From: Basidiobolus meristosporus CBS 931.73
Taxonomy: Eukaryota; Fungi; Basidiobolomycota
DNA: 64,000 bases
Assembly (NCBI GenBank): GCA_002104905.1
Contig: MCFE01000024.1
Coordinates: 1-64,000 of the forward strand
Direction of reading: 5' to 3'
In this document: piece by piece, positions 54,776 to 64,000 of the stretch
Position numbering within the stretch: position 1 is the stretch's first letter
Layout of the letters: each line of letters starts with the position of its first letter
The notes under the pieces: model-generated
The model's database searches: none
Told to the model about the DNA's origin: nothing
What the model saw: the letters and a program-made list of their open reading frames with translations, nothing else
Made by a program: the position numbers and the translations under genes

Positions 54776-56666
54776 AAGCAGTCGGTTTGTCCACACACTC
54801 CATTCACCCGTAGGGCTGGTCTGTCCGGTATAAGAGCTCTGGGCGATAAAATTGCAGCTGACACCACCCATCCCAGGGACCTGGGTTCAACCTGAGCAGG
54901 GCCAAATAATATTTTCAGTGCATCCACTCACTCAACTCCCCTCGTCTCCCTTAATAACGCCTGGAAATAGATTACCGTAATACCCACCCTTCTCTTGTAC
55001 TTTAAACTTAGCAGAAGCACCATTTATTCATTATGTTATCCTTGTTCCTTCCATCCAATATCCTATCACATCGGTTTTTTTTGAATTTGTATGAAAATTT
55101 AAATTATAAAGTGTTCCATGTATAGACCAACTTGTGCATTTCAAGCTCAGTCGATTTCGAGGGCAAACTCAACCTTTGGCACTTGGCGAAGGAGCCATTG
55201 ACGGACTGCTCGCCCAAACAGGAATGTACCAGCCCCAGATAAATGACGGATCAATCCAACCCCTTCCATATCCAACATCAGAAGTCTCGCAACGCAACCT
55301 TTCCATTTATATCCATCACCACCTCATGATCGGGAAGTGGCAACATTCGCGAAGCCGGCTCTCATTGGGACCGCCATGGTAACCGGAAAGAGATGGGTGT
55401 GGGAGAGCGACAACCTAATCCAAAAATAGCGACTGTGGAATTGAACAGTGTTCCTTAAGTGCCCCATTTGCTACTGATCCCTTACAGAAAAGGAACAATT
55501 GTCAAGGTCCATCACCGTAATCACCGTTCGTGTCCAACGATTCTGGTTCAAGGGATGAGGAGTCAGCGACCCGTCAGGCTATCCTTGCATCCCATTCGCC
55601 GTGCGCAGGCACCATTCAAGTCAACCTTGCGATCTCTAAAGGGGATGGCTACACAAGGCTACGCACGGAATATATTTGGATGTTGGTGAAATCTTGGCGC
55701 TGCAGGATAGATGTATCTGGGAAGCAGCCAACTGATGCCCTCGTACCCTCCGACGGCCCTTCCAGGAAAGACCATTGGTTGCACCGCGTACCAGTTACCG
55801 TGAGGTAGGTTAAGATTGGGTTCAATCGTGGCACCAATACGCATGCGTGATCAATTTTATATTTAGCTTGTTAGTCAACAAGGGTAGGCAAGTTCAACCT
55901 AGAATCCATTGGCCGAAATCGATGGCATCATTGGAAGATTCGTGACTTCGGTTAAGGCGCTTTAGCAACCCACTTGGATCCATCTTCCAAATAAGGCAGC
56001 CCTATCCTGGCAATCAGGCTCGGACGGACCGAAATATTGCCTGTTGAGCACGGCGCTAGATAATTCCTTGCTGGGTTCGGCACCCGCAGCAGTATGAATG
56101 GCGAATGATGGGACTGCTTTTGGGAGGCTAGTAGAACTTTCTCAAGTTGACCACAGGCTTGTGCAAGGGTGATCACTACTCATGCATAGATTTCACTCAT
56201 TCCGTACCTGCTTGGCATCCAGATGGATCTAATCGTGAGATTTGCTGCCTACAGTGACAGGATGGACCTGTCCTGCCTAATGGGCTATTGAATGCAAGCC
56301 TGCGCAACAGTGGCAATGGGGTGGGGCCTGTAAATGTGGAGTGGCTGGTGCTTGTCACTGGTTGGTTAATGCGATGGAGTAGGGGAAGGGTACCTATGGG
56401 TGGCATCTGCATGCATTGAGAGAGATGATGTGGTGAAGAGGCATCTGAGCGTAGGTGTGATATCTGAATTTATTTTCTCTAATGAAATCGATTCATTAAC
56501 ATTCTACCAAAGGGAATGGAGTGCTACAAAAAATCTTCCATCCATGACTCTAGAGTGGCCAGTGAAGTGTTGGACTGATTCAAATGCCATTGTTATACTA
56601 GTAAATAAGCTTGCAAGTGTGGGTGTTGTCTCCCAGAAGATGATTAAATATGGGTACCGAAGGTGT

Positions 56667-57757
56667 TCATATCACCCGCAGCTATAAGGAAACCATGGGA
56701 TTAGCATTGGTCACACAGATTGAGAGAGCAAATGTCTGGCCCACTTACATAATTACTTGGTACGATACCAACTGTACCATCGCTTCGTCGGGCTTGCCAC
56801 CATTTCCCTTTGGTGTCGACGATATCGAGCACCTCATCCTTGGCAAAAGATATTTCGTTGGGATCGGCGTGGCTAGCCTCATCTGGGAAAAGAGCAGGGG
56901 GTGAGTGGTGTGGTGTACAAATTATGCTATTGCTTCACCTACACGAGTAGACTGCGAGGGCTTTGTACGAGTAACTTGGATTCTGTACCAATGGCGGATA
57001 GAATCCCATTCCCATCCCTGTGGTGCTCGTGCTTCCTCCGGTTGGTCTTTGTGTTATTCCATGGGCGACTGCTCCCATCTGCGGCGAGGCTTCCCCTTCA
57101 ATCATTTCTCCAGAGTAGTTGAGTTCTTGTTCTTCAGTATCGTCCTCAAATCCTAATCCGAATATCCAGGCGATCTTTGCATCAAATCAATCATAAGATC
57201 CATTAAGATTTGCATGATGCTGAGGCAATCAACAGTCACCTATGAACCGAGCGGTCATGGTGGTGTGTCTATGCTCAGGGATTTAATCAGATGCCCACTT
57301 ACCATCCCAATGGCGGTGATAACGAATCCAGTGCCAAGCGCGACAATAGAGGTTACTTTAGAGTAGATCGTATCGTCGATTTCTATTACCAGAAACATAA
57401 TGGCAATGCCAGCGAGGGGGAGAAACTATGGTTCGTGGGTTTAGTAAGCGACCTCCAGTTGCAAAAATAGAAATTTCCCAAGCTTACTGCTAGCCGAAGC
57501 CTTTTGATAAAACCACCGAAAGTGGCGACTGATATTCCAAATATCAAACAAAATAGATATGCAATCACGAACCAGGTAAAGCCCGAAGCACGCAATGCGC
57601 ACGAGGAAACAAACGATACGATGAACCCGCACTGAAGAGAGAGAGGTTAATGAGGCTGCTGGCGTCTTCGATAAACGAGAAAGGGATTGTTTTTTACCAG
57701 ATTGAGTACCAGGGTGAACAGAAAAAAGGGACTTTGGTATGTGAACTTTTGATACAT
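56667..57757 (-). CDS. SHO1: High-osmolarity signalling protein Sho1 (4 TM segments + C-terminal SH3), multi-exon
   Basis: MYQKFTYQSPFFLFTLVLNL|CGFIVSFVSS.. four hydrophobic helices; SH3 YKALAVYSYEASHADPNEISFAKDEVLDIVDTKGKWWQARRSDGTVGIVPSNY|LRVI*. Confidence 0.92.
57234..57239 (-). other. Probable 6-nt microexon (GTGACT, Val-Thr) in Sho1 TM4
   Basis: Flanked by introns 57240-57302 (63 nt) and 57175-57233 (59 nt). Inclusion gives GM-VT-IAWIF, matching the Sho1 MVxIxWIF spacing. Confidence 0.6.
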
Positions 57758-58922
57758 ATCGAACTGCACTTCGGTTCGAGTTGTTTCCCTTTTATTTTCG
57801 CTGTATCGAGAGAACTCTCAATCGAGGCTGAGCGAAACCGCCGGAAATACAAGGATGCAGTGAAGAAAAAGTGGGTGGGTGTGGCGAAGGTACGGGACGA
57901 ATATTACAAAGCTGATCTCCAAACTGCCGTAAATTAGGTTACCGACTAGCCAAAAGGTCTTTTAAATAAGTTCCGGGTCATTCCACACCCCGCCTGGTTC
58001 CTAAAACGTTGTTTAAAAATCATTCCGCGCCCTTTGGCGTTGGAGAAAATCCCGCCTGTTAGCCGACTGGTTTCAAAAGCGTCAAAGAGCGGTTGAACTC
58101 GGAGTCAGAGACATTGAAAATTCCTATTACATCGTTTCCGAACGGAAGTTCACGACCATGCGACAGGATATCACGTGCCAATCCCTTCTGGAGATCCACG
58201 GAAATTAGGAGTAAGCAGGTGATGATTCATGACGTAGATTCAATTGAATGGCCACTATACGATAATGTCAGTGAAATGGGTTAAACAAGGGAAAATCAGG
58301 AAGAGCCGGTGATACAGCGTAGCCCTGTCTGCTAACGCGGTTTGGGAGGTGGCAGCTGAAAGCGCAAGGAAATCTGACCATATGCGCCAGGTAGGGCTTG
58401 CTGGCATCTGCTATTTCCAAAGCAGATGCCATGACGGAGCAGAGTGGCGGCTGAGTATTATTAATTATGTGGTGTGCAAGGATAGCCATCAGAATTAGCG
58501 ATATTTATACCAGGGTTCCATCGCGCCAATCAGATCCGACACAACGAAGCAGTCCGACTCAGGTTGAGTTGGGCTATCCAAGGGTATAATTCCATTCTGG
58601 ACTGATATGGTAAGAACAGGAGCCAAATAAGTGTCATTCACATGCTTCCATCCAACGCAAACAACGATTTGAGTATTGAAAAACCACTGATTGATTCTAT
58701 GGCGTCTTTGGATAATTTGGCCCCTTAGTCCGCGGAATTCGGCAATTACAATAGAGACGTAAATATGACATTTTCATATATATTATTGTTGATCTCGCCT
58801 TCCTGACTCATTCAGCTTCATTCCCTGAACCTTGTAACCTTGCGATAATTCCCTATCCTGTATAATTCTCTTTTGTAACCAACTTCTAACTTCTGGTGCA
58901 AGGTTAAGAATAACTAGTAAAT

Positions 58923-60227
58923 ATGGCCTTTGTGGACGAATTCAAATCTGCCCCTAGGACCGCAGCCTTCGTTGTCTTCTTCCTGGGCCAAGCGGCGATA
59001 ATCAACTTCTCGCAGATACTGTCGTCAATACTCCGACCCTTCAGCAACGTATTGTACGAGCGGTTCATCAGCTATTCACAGCGGCTCTTTGGCATCCTGT
59101 TGGTTGCCATCACAGAACTCTTTGCCCCCTCTTCCTTCGTTATCAGTGCGGATCCCGAGGCTGCGGATATCTTGAAAAACCCCACCAGCGCGTCCCTCCC
59201 CTTGCTATCCTTTCCGGACCGGATAATACTAATTGCCAATCACCAGGTATTCTCTCTTCACACTCCTTTGATTGCCGAGTCACTAACCCAGTACTGTACA
59301 GATATACGCAGACTGGATTTATCTATGGTGAGTTCTCCGTTTATTTCGCCGGTGACCACTCACTAACAGTCCTCCTAGGTGTATCGCGTATTTTGCAAAG
59401 GCTCATGGCGCTATTAAGATCATTTTAAAGGATACGCTCAAGCATATCCCGATCTTTGGATGGTAAGTAAATCAATCCAGCACCGTGGCGCACCACTTTG
59501 GCTAACTTAATCATCTCTTTAGGGTAAATATATATAAAACCGCTCTCCCACCAAGCAAATCTCTAATCTTGCTAACATATAGGGAATGCAGTTTTTCGAT
59601 TTCATATTCCTGAAAAGGAGCTGGGCTACGGACCAGGCCCACTTGACTCAGCATCTAAACCGCCTTTCCAGATCAGTCGATCCATTGTGGTTGATCCTCT
59701 TCCCGGAGGGGACAGTCATTTCCGATTGCACCCGCAAGAAATCTAACGCATTTGCCGCGAAGGAGAAGATTTACACACCCAAAAACGTACTTCTTCCTCG
59801 GTCCACTGGAATGCACTTTTGTTGCTCGCAACTCCGGAAATCAGTGAACTATGTATACGACCTGACCGTCGGGTACGAAGGACTGAAGCAAGACCACATC
59901 CCTCAGATCGAGTACACGCTTAAGAGTATGTACTTTCTTAGCAAGTACCCGCGTCAGATCCATGTGCACGTGCGTCGTTTCGATATGAACGACATTCCTG
60001 CCGACGACACCGAGTTTTCTCACTGGATTCGAGAAAGATGGCAAGAGAAGGACCAGCTGATGGAGCATTTCTACAAGAATGGATGCTTTCCAGCCACTGA
60101 CCATATGAAAGTGATCGACATCAAAATGAACCACTTCTCGGACCTTGGCCAAATCTGGCTCCTAAGCATCCCGCTAATCATAGTCTCGTGTACTATCTGG
60201 TATTTCGTCAGGAACTATATATTTTAG
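58923..60227 (+). CDS. Lysophospholipid acyltransferase (LCLAT1/Cst26-like AGPAT family), 5 exons including a 1-nt exon
   Basis: IILIANHQ|IYADWIYLW|CIAYFAKAHGAIKIILKDTLKHIPIFGW|GMQFFDFIFLKRSW..WLILFPEGT..VLLPRSTG..VYDLTVGY. Confidence 0.92.
59523..59523 (+). other. Single-nucleotide exon (G)
   Basis: Lies between intron 59463-59522 (GTAAGT..GCTAAC..TTTAG) and intron 59524-59582 (GTAAAT..GCTAAC..ATAG). It supplies the third base of the Trp codon TG|G. Confidence 0.85.
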
Positions 60228-60596
60228 AATCCCGTACAGAACCCGTACTACTTTATATGTATATCCTTCTTTACCTCCTTGGATAAGTATCATTACACAT
60301 GAATTTGCCAGCTGGCGGTTGGGTGTCTGCAACACACTGAGAAGAGGCTTCTGCCATTGTCATGGTCTAAATCCCTGCGCCACAACTATACATTATCACT
60401 GTAAACATAATTATTTATTAACACTGTTCCAACAATGGATTCTTCATGGTTATATTCATGTTAGTGCTATATACTCCCACAAACAGATCAGTGCCCTGTG
60501 CTTTTCCAAGCGTAACTCAATACTTTATGAAAATAAAGTCTCGCCTGTACAGCGGAAACCCTTTCCCTCTCCAGCGGACATCAACAACAGGTCTTG

Positions 60597-62614
60597 TCAG
60601 CGACTGGTATCTTCGCACATGTATTTCTCCATGTGAATCTCGTTCATTCGCTGATGTAAATACTCGATCTCTGCCTTCAAATATGTATAGTCTTCTAATA
60701 AGGCGAACTTCGAAATATCTATTGCCGGTGGTTCAGTGAATTGTCGAGACTTGCGCATGACAACTGTGGGCTTTTTGGTTACTGCGATCGTCTCGGACCT
60801 GATCACCCGTACCTGTCGTAAGGAAAGCAGCATCAGCACTTCATGTTTGATTCAATCCAGGATAGGTATTGTGGACGTTCCTGCCGAGGCTAGTACACCT
60901 CCATTGCAGTTATCCAGCATGACCTGACAGATGAATAGCTATTTACCTCGGCATGCAGCTGGTTCAAAGAGTCTGCGTGCAATTGTTGAATCTCCGTTTC
61001 CTCGCTCATCTGATCCTGCAACTTCCTGACCTGCTGGGTCAATCTTTCAATGCTTCTCTGCTGCTCTTGGGCTCTTCGTTGAAGGATCTTGACCAGAATT
61101 CGAGGATTGGCCTCACGTGTGCGGTACCCACGCCTCCAGACCAACAATAACCGTTACCACACCTTCTAAGAGCAATGAAGCCGATGGGAGTGACACACTT
61201 ACCACAAGGCCTGGATTCGGGTGGCTGCGATTTTCTCGTTTTTGTATTTGCGGATTCGTTGACGAACCATTCGTCCGCGCCAAATTTTCTGGATATTCGA
61301 TACTGCCAAGTCCTGCTTGGTATCTGAGCGCGCAATAATGTGAGCAGGGGCTTGTTAGGATGCAATGCACATTCTGACTTACGTAGTTCATCGGATTGTG
61401 GTCCGCGGTATGTCGTGCCAATAAGTGCACACTCCTTGTGGAGTTGATTCAAAGACATAGGTCTTTTGGTGATATGGTATCCACGCAGTTTCACAAACCT
61501 ATGGTTGTGGTGTCTCTTTCTAGCCTAACAACAGGTGAATACACGTTAACCACCCAGTTTGACCCATATATGATCTAAAGTAAGTTGATCCGTTCTTAAA
61601 CATACCAGATGTCCCCGGGCCAACGCTTGAATCCTTGTACTGGCGATGATCAGTCCCTCGGTGTCACGTTGGAGAAGGCCTTTGAAATACTGGCGTATAT
61701 CTTTGACCTGGATGGTTAACGAGATGATACATAAACGTGTGTTCGGCAGCGGGGAAAAATTGAAGGGCACATACTTGCAGTTGAAGTTTCTGAACCTGCC
61801 AGCCCAATTGATCAATTCTCTCTACAGCTAGGAATTCGGATGGTCAGTTATATTCTCTGAATCATGGAGAATGAACATCAGATATACCTTCGTCAATCTG
61901 TTGGTGGTCCGCCATCTTACCGCCATCAGGCTCGTCGGGAGGCCTAACGGTCACTTCGGGGCGGGAATGGTTAGCTACCAAGGAGTAGTTGCGTCTCTAC
62001 AGAGTTCATTATAGCTTACAAGTTGAGGTGACAGTTGTGCTCTGTATATCGTCATTCGATTCAGCTGGCATATCCTCTTGCTCGAGGCCTACTGTTACGA
62101 CTTCCTGTGGTGGTTCACTACACCGGAGTGTGCTCAGACTTTGTTCGGTTGCAGCAGTACAGTCGTGGCTATTAAGTGGGACGAAATTTTGTTCTTGGGT
62201 TTCGAGCTGAGGCGTATACGAGGTTCCATTGGGCTTGCTAATATACGTCTCCCTTTTGGTCACCAACGGTGCATCGGCCTCCGTCGCATTCTGTATATGT
62301 GCGATAGTTATATACTGCCCACTTGTGCTTTTTGTGGCGGCAAAACTATCTGAACGGCTTGCGTTTGAATGAAAAGTGTTTGGAGCGCTGTCTCGGGGTT
62401 GCTCGTCAGATTTCTACAAAGCGGTTAGCATCGCCTCTCATGAGGAGGGGTTTCAAGTAAGCTATGGTCATACCGAGGGAAAAGTGTAAGTCTGAATATT
62501 CGGAGCCGAGTTGGTTTCAGGCGAACGGTGCTTCTTTGAGCCAAGCAGACTGAAACGCTTACTCTCGGTCCCCTCCGGTTTGGCGGATGATTTTTTCCTC
62601 CAGCTCTTGAACAT
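60597..62614 (-). CDS. Hypothetical protein with three IQ (calmodulin-binding) motifs and coiled coils, multi-exon
   Basis: Hand-spliced IQALARGHL|ARKR, IQKIWRGRMVRQR and IQALW|RGYRTR; coiled-coil QEQQRSIERLTQQVRKLQ. Confidence 0.75.
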
Positions 62615-63735
62615 ATCCAACAACGATTTAGTAATACGGGGAAAATAAGGTGGATGTTTCAACCTGGAAGCCCTTTTCCAAAAAAAATCGATTCTTACGG
62701 CTTTCAGTGTATCTGTGTAATGCCCACCGGAATCATGTGGGATTTTTAGTCAGCCGTGCTGGCTCATCCAAGCTCGTGCGTGACCCATGGATCAAAACAA
62801 AAACAACCCAAAAGTCCCCTTGACATAGCGTCAACGTCATCTTGGTACAGGTTGACATCGGCCATCAACTGTATAACAGGTCAACCAACTCGAGAAAACA
62901 TGGTTCTGGCGAATCCCGATCTGTAGGCTCAATGAGCAATGAACACATCGGCCGATTAGTCAGGGAACTTGAGCCATTAATTCACCAACTCAGAGCCTGT
63001 TGAGCCCATCCTAAGATGATCTACTAAAATAGCCTGTAATGGGTTGTGTGAGGAAACAATTGGTTGCCAAGGGAGCCAGGCAATTTGTTGCCGCCCTCAA
63101 GCTGCCAATATACTCGAGGTGACTCCAACGTTGCTCATTTGAAGCTTTGATCTAGATCTACCGATAATCTATCCTACTTATTCATCGGGTCAGAAATCAA
63201 TGGGATTAGAGATATACTTTCATAAGATATCACCACAGTGATTCGGGCGACTGCCAACTTCATCGGTTGTGGGTTGAAATGGCTGCTGAGTCCGAAAGGC
63301 AAACCACTTACTTGGTGGTAAAACATCCTGATACACCCACATGAAACCTATTTCCTGTTGACGAGCGTGTCGGAGTTGTCCTGAACAGTTGAGGTGGTAT
63401 ATTTGCACCTAATTATTATGGTGCTGTGAAATTAAGCCTGCTCAAATGATCCCTCCCTTACACGTGACGGGAGGGAGACTACTAACCACCATTACCCAAA
63501 TTGTTTAAAATTAACCATTTTTTCTGAACAAGTAGGCTCCGCATAACGAATGGCGAAGACGCCTGTAAGTATTTGAAAGAAAGGGTGCATGTTGACGAAT
63601 TCATTTATTCCAAGGCCTAACTCGAACCAAAAATACAAAAACTACAAAGGAAACCTTTTGGTCCCGCAAGGATGCAAGTCAACAGAAAGAAAGCAATCTA
63701 TTTCTCGCGAGATAAACAGAGGTCAAGATGCGTGG

Positions 63736-64000
63736 CTAATCCTTCTTGGAATACCCGGAACCCTTCAGACCCTCCACAACCTTGTCAAAGCAATAATCAC
63801 CAATAGAAAGGTACGTGGACATGGCGGAGCGAAAGGTGGAGTTCTCGATCTTGTCGACGGCAACCCTGTGAAAGGAAGGAAGTGTGAGCATATGTGGTCA
63901 AGGAACGAGAGGGATTTCCACTACTCACGTTAAACCCGTGGAGCGCTTGATACCCGCTAACACAGTTGAGACAAGTGCCGCATCAATTGCATAGTGAACT
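63736..64000 (-). CDS. DUF1748-family small fungal protein (5' end outside the window; intron 63866-63928)
   Basis: VHYAIDAALVSTVLAGIKRSTGLT|VAVDKIENSTFRSAMSTYLSIGDYCFD..SGYSKKD*. Confidence 0.8.

Noticed and set aside
54810-54904. tRNA-like segment (A-box-like TGGTCTGTCCGGTA, CTGGG/CCCAG stem, GGTTCAA)
   Set aside because: The acceptor stem does not pair and the anticodon loop is non-canonical. At most a relic.
55134-56412. Cluster of short ORFs between the transporter and Sho1
   Set aside because: No consistent gene model; likely decayed sequence.
60812-60945. ~134-nt intron in the IQ gene as a hidden microexon site
   Set aside because: The candidate 4- and 13-nt exons frameshift. A single intron gives a good coiled-coil (LHAE-VRVIRSE).

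Overview
This is eukaryotic, intron-rich fungal genomic DNA. Most introns are about 50-70 nt with CTAAC-type branch points. The gene content and structure suggest an early-diverging fungus (inference only). Spliced genes reconstructed by hand are an Ssh4-like SPRY protein, a PalB/Rim13/calpain-7 protease (about 33 exons), PP1 catalytic subunit (GLC7), RPL25/uL23, choline-phosphate cytidylyltransferase (PCT1), a LARP4-like La protein, an SLC35A nucleotide-sugar transporter, Sho1, an LCLAT1/Cst26-like acyltransferase, a triple-IQ coiled-coil protein, a partial DUF1748 protein and several orphans. The 43-50 kb region is a nested repeat island. It holds a degenerate Ty1/copia element, a stack of same-family LTRs and three copies of a ~300-bp MITE, and it is strongly CpG-depleted. 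The 17-19 kb region looks like a decayed Ty3/gypsy pol. The most striking signal is a set of ultra-short exons, each flanked by two complete normal-sized introns: a single-nucleotide exon (G at 59523) in the acyltransferase, a 4-nt exon in the calpain catalytic domain, and a probable 6-nt exon in Sho1. The 1-nt and 4-nt exons are required to restore the reading frame; the 6-nt exon restores the Sho1 family spacing. Also notable are a tandem pair of orphan micro-proteins under apparent purifying selection, and a CCCT-terminus MITE with variable 4-bp TSDs. No rRNA, CRISPR array or convincing intact tRNA was seen.
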